From: Catajapyx aquilonaris
Lineage: Eukaryota
Reading direction: 5' to 3'
Assembly (NCBI GenBank): GCA_000934665.2
Contig: JYFJ02000590.1
Span: forward strand, 62,001-120,067
DNA: 58,067 nucleotides
The notes beneath the pieces were generated by a model, which saw only the letters and a list, made by a program, of their open reading frames with translations, was not told the origin of the DNA and ran no database searches. Below are positions 36,201 to 51,200 of this stretch, in pieces. A program made the translations under genes and the position numbers. Every line of letters starts with the position of its first letter. Position 1 is the stretch's first letter.

Positions 36201-39200
36201 GGGAAAGCCCTGGGAGTGAAATATCTTCCTCCCAGCGCGACTTTGACGCAGATCAGTGTTTCCTTTTACTAGGTTAAGCGACATAAGCCACGCCATAAAT
36301 TGGTTAAAGAGTTACTTTGTCATTTCCAGCCCGGGTCCTCTCCGTTACGTGAAAAACGACTCAGTAAAGCCAAGAGGGCCCCGCACGCTTTTAACGCGTG
36401 TTGTGAGATTTTTTTCAGATATTTTTGCTTCACCTCCCCATGTTGAATAAGTGCCTTTGGCCATGCCAACCCAACTCTTCCTTTCAATTTTCATTGGACA
36501 TGCGTGCGTTCCTTTTTGTGCCAAACCGCGGTCAAAACCACTGCCGACACGGCCCGTTTTTTCCGTCAATATCGCTAGTTGGAGTGGCACGCAGCCGAGT
36601 TGGGAATTACTGTCATCTCAGATAAATAATGAATAGAGAGAGGTATCGCTTCACAATGGCCGACTCCGAAAAACCTCGTAAAAACCCTGGAATGATGACA
36701 CCTTTGTTATTCCCCCGTCTGGTTGGCTTCAGTCCAGAGTCGGGGGGGCTTCACCCGGAAAATCCGGGGGAGAAACAACGCCATGCCAAACAACAGATGG
36801 CACGGCGCACATGTTCTCCGGAGTTAATTCGCAAAGTCGGTCAGCAGGCGGCGGTATAACCCCAACCAGACTCTTATGTTGAAAAATTTCTTGCAAAAAT
36901 GTGGCCGAAATAGAAACGAAATTCACTCGTATTTTGCCCGAATTGGGAACCATCCGGTAGCATCTTTCACATGTCCAGTGCTAAACCGGTTGGGTTTTTG
37001 CGCTAAAAATTGTCCACAGATGTGGAAGTGCTCCTTCATCTTTGTGGGCATGAGAAACTTGTGCAAAAAAAATATTTTCCCATAGAACACTCTGAGCTCC
37101 ATCTCCGTCCAGCTGGTCGAGTGGGTGACAGGCGATTCGTCAATCCCGTAATCGCTAATGGGGGTGGCATTGATCGAATTCTCCTATAGCTGTTGACTAC
37201 CAGTTGCGAAAAAAATCAGCGGATTTTGAGTTACCCTACACGCCAACTCTAAGACCGAGTCCGGTTAGGAAAAATCAAAATGACCCCTTTTTTAGCATCG
37301 CAAGAAAGGTCCGGTTACAAATTGAAATTCGGTCCAGAATTGCCATGTCTTTGAGGTTTGGCGTGTATAATTTAGTCGTTTGTAACGTCACCATTTTCTG
37401 GATCTGATGCTCCGGACGGTGTGATTTTTTACTGTCATCAATTCGGGGAGGCTTTCGAATCACTGATGGATTCCCCGCCGCCAGATCATGAAACTACAGT
37501 AAATACATTCATTTACGATCGATAAAATCCGGACATTTTAATGGAAAAACACAACCTGACACGTAAACGCTCTCAACATGTAATGAAGAGGGTTTTTTTT
37601 AATCATCTGGATGCTGCGTCCTAGGTATACGAACCACCAAAATTCGACGCACAGTACAACAAACCAGATCAACTTGCTATCATAATAAAACCATCGGATA
37701 TCGAGTTTGAAATGTGCCATTTGGTTGCAATATATTTGTGCTAATATTTCTACAATTTGTTCTAATTTTTCCATTTCTTCATTTTTTGATAGCAGGTACA
37801 TGAAAAAAATCTTATTTGACTTCAATTCTCAAGGGTATCCATTCAGCAATTTAACGTCACTCGAGTAAACATCACCGCAAGAACCCGGAAATCCCCGCCA
37901 TCTCCCGACACACGTCACAACATTAGCGGCAACGAGATAAAACAAGCCAGTCCCACAATGTCCACACTACATAAAGCCCGTCTCTCCCGAGTGCCTGGAA
38001 AAAGCTGGAAAAAAAAATCTCGAGATAAATTCGAGCCTGGACCAAGCTGGAATCTGGATTAGCCGCCAATGAAAAGCCTCTGGCAGCAGGTGCGAGATTT
38101 CTGAAGGTTTCCTTTTTCGCAACCGGCATTTTGGAATGGAGCTGCACTCACACCCTTCTCCCCGCCTCTCCCCTTTTTCACCCCCGCGAAACCAACCCAC
38201 AAAAGGTGAAGTAAGGGTCCTGAAAATGGCTTCCCTAATCGCAGCCTCTCCCTTCCTTCTTTCGGTGGGCGTGGACGCAAACAGAAGCTTTTCACGATCA
38301 AACCTCCTTCCTGGATCGCTGGATGGATTTCTGGATCCACCACTTTTCTCTCTTCCACCAAAACTCTGGTCCAGCTGCCTCTTCCCTTTCCTAGCCGTCG
38401 AAGGATAACCGATCTTTCCCCCTACCTCGCGACATAATCCATTACGTTTTCCCCGCTCGGCCTGTCGATAAAACCGCATGATGCCGTACCCATTAAATAT
38501 TGACACCCGCCATAAGAGGAGGCACGGGCTATGAAGCTGCTTTATACAGAGTCCGAGAGCCGGGCTTCAATTCCTCCAGAGATGCTGTTTTTTTTCCACT
38601 ACCACGCCACTATTTTCGCCCCCGCTGGGACTCTTTGCCATGTGAATCCAATTACTTGGGACAGGAGGGTTCGAGCTGGGAAAGACACGTACTGGGGATA
38701 TGCCCCTTCCTGGTCAGTACTGCACGAGCCGAATGGTGACACTAGAGTGAGGATATCCCTTGGTAGTGCACAACGCGTGAAGAGAGTCAAGTCTGTTGGG
38801 CCAGCAGAAGGATTCACTACACACGTTTAGATCTGGATGCACTTGCGCTTTAAGGTGTTGTTGAAAACCCTAAAATTATTTGCTTAAATTGAAGGTTAAT
38901 TGCTATATAACCAAATGGATGAAAATTCATTCAAAGCGTAAAGTTTCATGACTGTTCCTCAGTGAAACGAAGTAAACATATCTTGGCTGTTCTCTGCTGT
39001 AGGCCTGTACGCATGAAGGCAACAAAATTATTCCATAACCTGCGGATATTTGTACTTTATGGTTGAGCTCAGAGTGTGACTAACATCTATGTAAGTTAGG
39101 CCAACTGCTGTCTTAACCAGAGGCAAGCAGGGAGGTCCAAGTACCTCGCATACTGCATATAATCATATGAAAATTATATTTTTGTAGGTGATGGAAGGGT

Positions 39201-42200
39201 TCCAGTTGGCCCGCGTCTCCCAATCAAAATTCCTTAAATCGCAATCACGTCACTTAACATTCAAGACAGCGAAGGGTTCCGTGAGTTATCCGTCTGTTTT
39301 TTTAAAGCACAGAGGGGTATAATACAATGACGGGAGGAATTCGCTGACTCAACCTGAATGAATTTCGAAGCGTGACTACGCCTGAGTCACGCAATGTAAT
39401 ACTTCGTACACGTGTAGGTGTACCACCGGTGTTGGTCAATTTCAGCCTGAAAAATCACCGGAAGATGTCCTGTTCCGTGGATAACACTACATGCTTTATT
39501 GTCCCGCTTATTGGAGGAACAAGCCCGGAATATATTGTGACCCGTTGCCATCTCTCACTTGTGGTACTTTTGTTCCTTCTGATGACTGAATCACATGCGA
39601 ATAAAGTCACATCCAGTCCCACAGTATGCAGCAAATCCTTTTGAACCAGTGTCCGAGAGTATAGCCACTTGACCCGACCAAAACCCATCACTTAAAACCC
39701 GGTTTCCTCGCTCCAGAATCTACCCGGGGAAAGAAAATGCAACGAGAAGCCAGGTCCGCGGCCGCGATTACCAAGATAATAGTTTTATCGCGGCCCATTG
39801 GCTCGGAAACTAGTCCTGCACTGCCCATTCCCCGGACTTATCTCCTTTTCAGCCGGCGTCTCTTTTCCCCCAGCAGCCTTCCTTATTAGCCCATAATTGC
39901 CACCAACTGACCAAAAAAAAGAGAGAGAGAGAAGAGGAGCCCCTCCAAACTGGGTCCAGACAACGCTGTCATTCTACTAGAGTGACTGATATCGACGCTT
40001 CCAATTCCCTAGAGTTTTTCCGATGGGGGGAATGACTTTGAAGACCTCGCTGATTTCCATTACCAGACCCTAATCCGCCCTCATCCCTGGTACAGAATTT
40101 CCCTTTTAATGCGATATACGATACAAAATAACTGACGTGGTCTCGAACTGCCTTATGCTGTGTTTTATAGTGACTCACAAGGCGGATTTACTACCGGCCC
40201 TAGCAGCCGAGCAGTAAAACTTCAGCAAGGGGAAGAGGAGAAGCATCAGCGGTGTATACTCCCTCGAAAGGCGGCGAGTAATTCCTAACACACAGACACA
40301 GCTGCAACGATTTCAAATCTCCCCAATTACTGCTGTAATGCGCCATTATCAAGAAAGACCATTTGGCTTCAATTGCTCAGAGCTCTTTAAAAGGCTCTCC
40401 GCACGGTTGCTGCTCGAATGCGGCTATTTGTCAACAGAAAATCAACACTAATTGCTGATTTGAGACAAAACACTTCTTGCGGATTAATTGACTCTTGCAT
40501 GGTGGTTGCCCACGTTGTAGTGGGTTACATAATGTGGATCTGAATTACTTAATGTTCGGAATCTGTGCCCCCAACTCTTGTCAAATTAATTACATCACCC
40601 TGCAGGCGCAATTCATAAGTGCAGTAAAACGGAACAGTACGAAAAGGCCCCTCAAGCATCGTACAAAAATAGAAGGCTTTTCCTCTCCTAGGGCAGGGAA
40701 AAAACAATACACGTCTCCATTGAACCTAACGGGCCATTTCCCACGAAACTGAACACCTCAGCCTGAAGGTGAGAAACTTTAGATCTTCTCGGGACGGGTT
40801 CCATTAAGAACCTGATTGTACCAAAGATGCGGTTATTTTTTTTCCTTCCTCCTCTCTCTTACTCGCTTCCATGTCCGCCTTCTTCCCCTCCTATAACCAT
40901 CGAGGTCATTTTTCCCTGGAGCGTAGTTGAGAAGAGATGACCAATAAGTGGTGCGAGAATAGCAAACGATGCGGGGAATAACCTGCAGCGGTCTTAGGTC
41001 TCCAGCTATCGGATCATTTCCTCACAATGGACTCCTGGGGTTGTCTCTTACCACACTTGCTAGAGGGGTATTATTTTCCTGGGAGAGAAGGTACGCGACC
41101 TACACCATCAACCCTTTTCTGGAGGTAACGGAGATTCCACTCCGAACAAAGCTTTTCTCTCCCGAACGGACCCTAGGTGCTTACTTATCGCTCGATTGCC
41201 AATTTATGAGGTGGCGCGGGCTAGGAGACCGCCAACTCCTTAATGGAAACTTGGAATCTCGTTTCACTACAAGCTTCTCTTCACCCCCCCTTTTTCCCAA
41301 CCCAACCCCCTTTTGTTGGGAAATCCACTTCCTATCGTTGGAGGGGGAGGAGGAACATCGAAACTATTCCCATCTCGGCCTCCATCACTCAGCCGGGACC
41401 CTTCCAATCGCTTCTGCCCGGAATGACCCTTTCTTGTCATAGTAAACATCCAGAAGGTGAGTTATAAGGGATGGGGGGCCAGAAGAGGTAGGGGGAGGGG
41501 ATCTCAAAAAGAGTAGAAAGCCGCATCGGATAGTTCTATTGTGCAAACAAATTTTGCGAATGTCTCAGACCTAGCCATTCAAAAATATTGGTGTATATCA
41601 TTAATTCTGTGGATTACTTCGCGGCCTAATTTCAGTTCATTTTCAAATGTATTTGCAACAATTCTACGTCGGATATTAACTGCCTTAGTGCCTGTAAAAG
41701 TTTTTAAAAATACTCAAAAATATAATTTATGATGTACTGATTTCTGAATTATTTTGACAACATACCAAAATGCAAAATTCCAGAGTAATAAGACCATTTG
41801 AGGCAAAGGTATGTTGTTGACAAAACGATGGAAATTTTCTTTAACTGCAAAAGTGACAGGAAAGTGAAAATCTTCGTTGTTTTGTCAACAGTATTCCTCT
41901 GCAAAAAATTAATATTGCATTTTGGTATTTTGTCAAAATAATTCAGAAATCAGTAACTTATATCATTTTATACCGGGATACCGAGATAATGTGATCAAAC
42001 TGTATATATTATCTTAATGTGACGCAAATTATTTTTAGCGAATTAGAAAGGCGGCAAGATGTAATGCACCAAATAAATAATTCATCGCAGAGTTTTCAGG
42101 ATTTATAACAGCAGTACGTAAGCTGTAATAATTTCACTGCGCATCACCACGTGCTCTACAGTAAATTACTGCATAATGGCTTACGAACGTAAATTATTAA

Positions 42201-45200
42201 CGAAAAGTTTGGAGAAGTTCACCGCCCAACTTACTCCTAATGAATCTGTATTGGAGGCGGAAAAACGGGAGGGTGAAGAAAAAAAATCCTGTTCCTCCAG
42301 CAGATATGAGTTACGGAACCCATTTATAACAACGAACGTGAAAACGCCATTTCATTACTCCGATCCTCCTCCAACAGCACCAGATATTTCTCCCTCACTC
42401 CTCCTCCTCTCTCGACGCATTATTTTTCCTGTGCTACTCCCCATATCTGCACCTATTCAGCACCGCATGGAAATCAAGGAGTCTTAAAAGTGAGATCGAG
42501 CTGGAAGCTAAGTTTTGTTGTTGATCCTGGAGGCGAAATCCCGCAGCTTCGAACCGGATGAATTGACTCGCCTTTTGGGAGAGCTAAAGAAAAAGCGGAT
42601 GGAGCACAGAAATTTCCTTCTAACTTTTTTTTCTTCTTCCTTATACTTTCCCACCCCTGCATGTTTCCTTCGTCGACGCCGTCAAAAGCTCACCTTCCCC
42701 CAGCCGACGATTGTCTCCCGTCATTCCCCGTCGGAGCTCTCCCTCGGTCCTGTCCCTTCTCCCAGGAGAAACCCACATCACACCATAATCTTGGAGACTC
42801 CCCCACCTCCGCATCAATCCATGCGCCGAGTGAAATAAATTCTGATCAAGGCCCGAGGAGAAGCCGACGGAAAAAATGGGTGGTGGGGAGGAGGGGAGAG
42901 CTTTTATGGATAGCCTTCCATCCTCCTCCCCTTTGGCTTCTTTTCTACCTTGATCAAAGCTCCAACCCATAAACCCTGCATGGCATCCCTGCTATGCCAC
43001 TCTCTTGGCCCCCCCAAACCCTCCCTTCCTTCTCTGCGGTCACCAACTTTTCCCATAGCCTGGAAAATCCTTCCTTGAGTCTTGCACCTCACTTGATTTT
43101 CCATGACATGCTTTTTGTTCGGAGGAGGAATATTCCGGAGGAATGTCAAAACGGGACGAGTCAAATACTGGCTTAATTGCTACGTCAATCAGAAAGGAAA
43201 GTAACTACTGTTTTACTTGCAATCACTTGACAACATCGATAGATCTACGAAGGGTTAGTACTGTGCTCGATTTAAAGTGTGCTTGTGCTGTTTTTGGTGA
43301 CTTCCAAGTGCAACATTGCAACAACGATCAAAATTAGCAATTAGCTCCAGCCATCGCCATCGCATTGTTGCAACTTAGAAGTCAAAAGTCCAATCCAGGT
43401 GTGCATACTTACGGTAGAGCTTGATTGTTCCGTCTGTGTCGCCCAGCGAGTTTTTGGAGACGCAGATGTACGTGCCGAAGTCCGTGACCCCGACGTTCCT
43501 GATGGTCAACCTCATTGTCACCTTGTAGGCATTGTCCATCATCACTGGCTCGTACTTATCTCCTGAAAGAAACGGAAATCCCTGCAGCATCATTTCACCC
43601 CAGCTCACTCTATCTCTATCTCTTCCTTATAACAAGCAACCATGGCAACACCCCCCCTGTTCCTCTTACAAGCTCTGGCACAAAAGCCGAACCATAATCG
43701 CCCGGCAACGACGTTGCAGACAAATGTCAAAGAGCTAATTAAAGCTGTGGGGCCAACACACAAGTTCCTCTCCTTATTCTCTCCCCTCCGCAAAGTTGGG
43801 CCAAGATCTTTTCCGGGGAAGTCCTGCAGAAAATCGCCGAGGAGCAATTCACTTCTATATACAGCCCCGTGGAGGCGCTCATCCCGTAATCGTTAGGTTA
43901 TGTTTACCAAACCCTTCCTCCTTTCTCCACCACCACCCTCTCAGACACGGTTACATCTCCAAGCAGCAGGAAAGGGCTGGAGATAAAGTGCGGCGGGGGT
44001 TTCCCCTGCGGAAAAGCAATGATACTCAGAGCCCCCTTACTAGTTACCAAACTCGCACCTCACAAGAGGTCCGGAGCAATTCGCAGAATTGACTACAAAT
44101 TTTACTTGTCCCATTGAGGAAGCACTTAGAGTCGGGGCTAGGTGGCAATGAACTAGTCGAGCCAAGTAACGGTGTAAGACGAGGCATATTTTCTGAAACA
44201 AGAGGAGGAGCAACGCCGAGGGATTTTAAGATTTCATTAAATGCATACTTTATGTTTGTGGGATGTGCATACTGCAAGCGGAGAAAAGCGGAGATGCAAG
44301 AGAGAGAGAGAGAGAGAAAGAAAAAAAAATTCGGGTCGGTAGGAATGCCTACATATTTTAAGTTTCTAGGAGCGTATTTCTTCCACGGCATTACGTACAA
44401 CCAACAAAACCATCTCGCATTCCGAGCAATCTTTAGGATTTTCCGTCTTTACTCCGCCCCCTTTGCCTCCTCCGTACCCTTTTTTTCTCTTCCTCCTCCT
44501 CCTCCTTCGATATTCGAAAAGAGGACGAGAAGTTCCAAATGTAGGAGCAGAACGCTCTGGGGCTAGAGTAATGGCATTCGCGGAATCTTGCTGGAAACTA
44601 CGTCGCCAACTTCCAGGAATATCACAAATGAAGCTCTATCTCTCCCCCTCCACCCTTCCCCTATCCCTCCACGATCCTCCCTCACCCTCCATTCTCTCTC
44701 ATATACTATAAGTAGAATGATCAGGCTGAAACCCCGGCCCGTTCGCATCGTTACTAAGTTTTGCATTGCGTGCGCGTAGCCTTAAAAAAGGTCAGCCTGT
44801 CAGAAGACAACAGGTTTACAACTACAAAAATTCATTTGCATTGCAGTACGGTTCAACGAGGCCTCTCAGTCATGACTTGCTGAAGAGTACATTTGCTTGA
44901 GGCAGCTCGATAAACGAGATTCCTGCGATGGCAGGTGTAAGTGAAATTTTGCACAAATCTTAGAAATTCTGTACTAAGAGTCAGGAAATTGTAGGAAAAC
45001 TCTGTACAAGCAAAAAGACACAATATAGCCATTATAACGCACTGTGTACTTAATATGCCAGAATTACATTACAGTGTCGTGAAAACGTTCACGTCAAAAA
45101 TGGCTAAGCCTTACAGTATATTATACAACCACAGTAACACAATGTCAATATGATTGTTATGGATAGACCTACAGTATTTTTGCTCCATACATTTACTGAC

Positions 45201-48200
45201 GCATGAAACAAGCACGAAAGAATCAGTGGAAGTTGCCAATTGGAAAATGTTCTCCATCCAAACAGAATCCGTTAACGAATTTTTTATGAGTTTTCCCAAA
45301 ATTAGGTGGCTTTCGCTTAGTGTGAATGGTTTTCACGCTCTCCACATTGAAGATAACACCCACTCCTTCGGAGTGACAATTTCTCCCAGCTGATTACATC
45401 AAGCAATTTGCAGCAAATATTTCACGATATTGAAGCAGTTGAAATAGACATTTTTGCCAAATGCACCGAGTGCAGTTTCAATTGCATAAAAATTAAAACC
45501 TCCTCCAATTAATCGAATTCGTATATAGTCAACTTCTATCTGTCACGTAGCAATGTAATGCAGGTGTCCAATCATGTTTTTCTAACCTGCAAATAGCACT
45601 GTTAACCAGCAGATTGTCTGATTATATGCCAGAACGTATATTGTTCCCATTCACGCCAACTACATGTAACACTGAAACCGGCAGTAACTAATGACAACGA
45701 GTTCCTTTGCCACCTGCAGTGCGTTTCACATTCCAGATAAGACGCGCATAAAATGCGACAAAATCACAGCTGCACCGAGAGAGGACCCAAGCCATATAAC
45801 TTGTGATAAAGTGAGAAGAGGATGAAAACTCTCTCTCTCGCTCTCGCTTCAGGGTGTTTTAAGCTCTCTCTTTCTCTCTCTCTCCTCTCTTCCTACTTCC
45901 TACACCCGCAAACCCTCATTACTTCAGACCTTCACCTTCGGAAAATGGGGGTGGCGGAAGGAGCTCCAAATTTACAAGCTCTCCGCCACTGAGCAGGGCA
46001 ACTTTTCACTGGCAGAGGATAAAATAGGTGTCCGCATGAAAAATTTACAAGGAAATCTGCAGCAGGCCCTCGTTGGTATACAGGTTTTGCGGGAAAATGG
46101 AAAACATGGGGGGAGAGAGGGCACGACGAGAAAATGTTGTGGGTCATGCAGAGTTTTTCCTCTCCCCATACCCGCACACACATATCCTGCCCAACTAATC
46201 AGTCGATTAATACCCGCTCTGTACATGGCAGTTCATATTCCCGCGGTTTTACAAATGCGATCCTCTAATATGCAAAATTGCATTAAATTGATTGATATTC
46301 CGGCGCATTTGTCGCGATAAACAGTGTCCCCAAGGACCTATTAATAGCCGGGTATTTCCCTCTTTTTTTCTGGGAGAGTTCAACAAGTGGGGGAAGCCCT
46401 TTTTTTGCTCCTCTTAATGGATATTTTGTGGTGTTGTAGAGTCTGATATAGCTGGGCGTTTTCGAGCTAATCTAAATTACTTGGGACAATTCTGCAAACA
46501 ACAGTGTTCGTAGTAAAAGGAAACTACGCATTTACAGTAAATGTCTGCCACTATTGAGCGCATGTCACACAATTCAAACTTTTTTATCTATATTTTTATT
46601 CAGTGTTTCCAGGTCACTTACCTTTCAAAATGTTTACATAGCCACAATGTTATTATTAATTTTTAATATTTCCTAAATAACATCACGTTTCGCTGTGCCA
46701 TACAACATTAGTTCACTATTCAACATTGCTTCCAGAATAGTAGTCTATGTTCTGGCCGCACGCTAATTAACTATGGATGAAGCACACTTTGAACCAGCAG
46801 AATGGGGGAGCAATGAACACATTATGTACTCTAATAGTGCCAAACATGAGCATACTCAATGCCAACTAAAATACGTCCAATATAAACCTGGCTGACTTCC
46901 CAAAACCGGGCCCACTGTATTCCGCACAAATAAACCTCGAAGCAGTTTTACCCACACAATGCCGTAATCTTAATTAAACCGGTCATTTGTGCCATGCCGC
47001 CTCCCATTACATCATATCCGTCCCGCAGATATTGAGAAGCAGGGCACTTACTTCAAATTACCCTCTCACCCCAAAATGTAAATGCGGGGCTGTCAAATGT
47101 ATGCAAAATAATTAACATGCCCAGGCAGTGTCGCGTTAATCATAGTCCGAGCAATCCAGTTCGAGACCGCAAGTGCTTCCTGGCCTCCCCCCCTCCAAAC
47201 CCACAAACTGCCTAATCCCGCAAAACTTCACTAGAGAGTAGGGGAGGGGGGGGGGGTCCATATCTCGTGAAAATGATGTGCGACAAAGTAGGCGCCTGCC
47301 AATGCCCGAGCTCGTAATAAAAACGGGGGCGGCCATGGCAAGTAATGCGGATAGATATTCCGGGTTAGATCCAACCCACATCAACACATCCCTGCCTCTC
47401 TGCCCTCCCACCCCCCAAAAAAAGGTGTGGGAAAAGGGTGGGCCATTTGAGGTTGTAGGGTTGGATGCAATGGAGGGGTAACCTGCAGGGATAAAAGTAA
47501 GGGGGGGGGTAGGTAGCTGTAAAGCTGCTCTTTTTTTTACGGCGGTTGACATGTCGCAGGCCCCCTTTCTCTTAACGCTGCCATTCCCCTGACTGCTTGG
47601 GCATTCCGCAAGGGATCCGCCAAATGACTCTTTCCTTACGCGATATTTCACGCGAAGCACGTCATAGCCGTGAAATATGAAGCCGACCCGGGGATTGACA
47701 ATGCTTCCAGGCTATGATGGATAAACAATCGGAAAAAAAATGTGGGTCATCCATTGGGACCTTAGGCAATGTGTGGCTGGAGAGTGGAGATAAAAAATGG
47801 TCCAAAATGTTCAATCAGGACATGTGACTACATATGAAATAAACATCACGCTTGACGAATCACGCGAGCTTGATACGAGTAGACTTTTTCTCATTGCCGA
47901 GGATATTCAAATTGGACAAAAATGACAGAATGTTGTCAGTCTAATTTCCCATTGTCAAGTACCCTAATATTAATAATTTCTAAAGCATGTAGACTTGACC
48001 TTGGCGGATGGAGTGAACCCTTAAAATCGGAACTGGCCGGTCACCAGAAGTTGACCTTGAAACTTATTAAGGGTCCACTGAATCCGAATCCGAAAACTGG
48101 TTGTCGCTATTTATTGCGGTTTAGGCCCTTATACCTGTCCACAGACGGACAGGGCCGTTCTATAACACTTTTTTGTAGAGAGAAAAATCGCAAAACAAAC

Positions 48201-51200
48201 AAACAAACAAACAAACAAATAATGCAAGCTTCCATGGCGATATCATATAAAATTATCACAAGCTATCCAACTGTCTGATTATTTTTCTTTGCTTTATCCT
48301 AGCATCCAAGTGCTGGGGGTAAGGAGATAAAAAATTTCATTGTCTTATCTAGCCTTTCCAGTGGGGGGAAATTCCGGCGTCAGACTCTGTCCATTGTTGG
48401 GACAACGACTGTTAATAAAGCCTCCGTTTCGCCGGTCTCATGTTTATTCACGAATCTCCGTGGGCCGCATCCTCTCTCCTACCAACCCCGAAAATCCAGA
48501 GATGAGCAAACTTTGTCGACAACTTCAAATTGCCCCCTCCCCAGTCCTCCGGAAAAGATGGGTCTCTGGTCATCGGGGCGTCAACCGAGGGTTTCATAAA
48601 CGCTACACACAGAATGTGCCGGGGAATTCCCTCCCGTCACAACAATGATAATTGAGCTTCTCCCCTCTCCTCAAATAGCCCATGTGTTTGCAGCGTTCTG
48701 TCAGCTGTTACTGGGCCGGTTGTCAACAAGAGAGCCTCCAAATCGGCGGCCACATCAGTGCAAGCGATCGATCAGGACTAATAGTGCTAATTCATTTCAA
48801 TTCTTCAATTTGCAAATGGCCCGATTGCCAGCCCAAACATCCCAGGCAGAATCAGAGGATGATGAGAAAGAGAACACAAGCTTACCAGAGACAATTATCT
48901 CTCCAGTGTCGCGTGTCCAATAGTTGATGGATTTGGGGAAGGCCTCCGAGTGACACTCCAAAGCCACGTCCTGGCCTTCGAAGGCGCCCACCAGCTGATT
49001 GGGGATCCATATCATCGGAGGAACTGCAAGGAAATGGATTTTCATCCCTATTTTTTTTTCGCCAATGACGTTTTTGCCAAACCCAACTTCCTCACTGACA
49101 ATCCCATTTTCTGATGGGAGGGAGGCTGGACTTCTCTTTTCGCCTCGACCCGACGTTCAAGTTAAATGTGGGAAGAGGAATAGCTCTGATAAAAAATAAT
49201 TGCTGCTGTGTCCTTTCGACCTCAGTAGACAGGATCAAAAGTTGCCAGTACTATCGGACGTGCCCAATTGTTTCTATTTCCCGCGACGGACATATCCGTC
49301 CAGAACATTTCAAGAATTTAACGCTTCTGTGAATAGGAACTGGCATGAAAAATTATCAGAAATATAATGCGACAATTTGATGAAATGCGAAATTTTAGCG
49401 CATTTCCACATGGAGAGTTACGATGACCTCAATTCGTTTAGAGCTGTCGTCCACGCAAAAAGAGTACGCACAGTGTATGATGAGCAGGATCCTTTTGCTG
49501 ACTGTGGGAGGAACTCCGTTGGAAGCGATGCAAAGGTAGGCACCCATGTGCAGCCGGTTCACCTTGGTGATGTTGAACAGGGATCCGTCCACCGCTTCCA
49601 CTGCAAACCAAAAATTCCGTTTTTAACAAAAATACATATACACACACGCCGAATTAGTGGATGGTATCCCCCCCGTCATCTGCAGGCGGCGCAAGCTTCG
49701 GCCATACCACCATTTAATTATCCTAATACTGCTCTCTGCCTAATGGCTCCATTATCACCGCCTCCTACCTAGCGTTTTATTGAGAGGCAGCCACCGTGCA
49801 CAGACTAAATCATAAATACCTCCATTTGGAGATGGTTAGAAGTGAATGAAAGCTTGGCCTTCGCTTGCTGTGGACCAAAGCCCACTCTTGTTTTTGTATG
49901 CCGAGCATGCAACTTCACGGTTGGAGGGACACTAAGAGTGTGCCGACCTTTATTGCTACCGTTTTACCCAAATTATGGCATCGATAAAAAGGACACACCA
50001 GCCACTCTCTCTCCCTCTGTTTTTTTTTTGTATCCAAAAGTCCTTGTTCGCGGAACTATCAGGGGAGGATGCAATATTTTTAACCTCGTTTACAGATTCG
50101 CCCCTGAAATAATCGCCTCGTTTATCTATTCCGCAACCCTTAAACGAACCGTTTTCTGGTCATTATGGCATTCTTTCAAAAATTAGCCGGGCCGGATATT
50201 GTTTCGAGAGAGACACTTTGCCAGCGTGTGACGCTTTCTGGACCGCAGATTCCGGATGATGTCCTTTGCACACCGGCAATCCGCAAACACGGATATACAC
50301 TGCAATTTTTTTATACAAAACGTAGAAATCGAATTAAATGCGAACCATTATGCAAATTTCCACATTAACCGGTAATTAATTTCAGGAGGCAGTTTCCGGC
50401 CAACCTTCCCAGATAAATGCACAATCAGAAATTTGTACAACCTTGTCTACCACACCCAACACCAAGCATATTTCTAAAAATAAATGCTGGTTGCCTCACT
50501 ACAGGATATGCTTCCGAGCAAAAAAGTTTGCCCCTGACTTTTCTGCCTCCAATTGCACAGGAGAGGCGGATGGGTTGCCCTTCAGAGTCAGGATAAACAA
50601 ACTGTTATAGGTTATGAAAAATATCAGAGTTTGTGTATACTGCATGTGTCGACAGCAGTTTTCCTCGCGGTTTCAATGAAGATGGTGCAAGGGGACTGAT
50701 ATAGTTATTTCCTGGGAATGAGCTGGGGTTGGAAAACCTGGTGTCCGGCACACATGCAGACAACCTGGGTTGATGGGGGTCCGCTCCGGGGCGCCAAAAA
50801 GAGAGCTCGACCCAAACTCCGAGGACAGGGTGCCATAAAACAGGCCCCTATGGCAGATTGGATGGGAGAAGTGGGAACTGGAGGTGTGCTGAGATGGCTT
50901 GCCAGTGCCCATCAAGGTGATCGTGCCGCTGAACCCTATCCCTGTCAACTTTACCCTCGTCCCCCCAAACCCCTCCCAACCCCTCTTTTTTATTATGGGG
51001 AGACTACACTCCCAGAGCAGACTTTTATTCACTGCCCCCTATGCCTGACCTCACGTCCGGGTGAAAATTGGGCTAGTGCTGGGACGGGTTATGGCCCATG
51101 CAGATGGTCCGACCAAGGATTCCGGGCTCTGATTTGATATTTGTAACAGTCTGTGAAAATGCTGCGCTAGCTTGCAGATAAATTAGCCCTGCTTAAGTAC

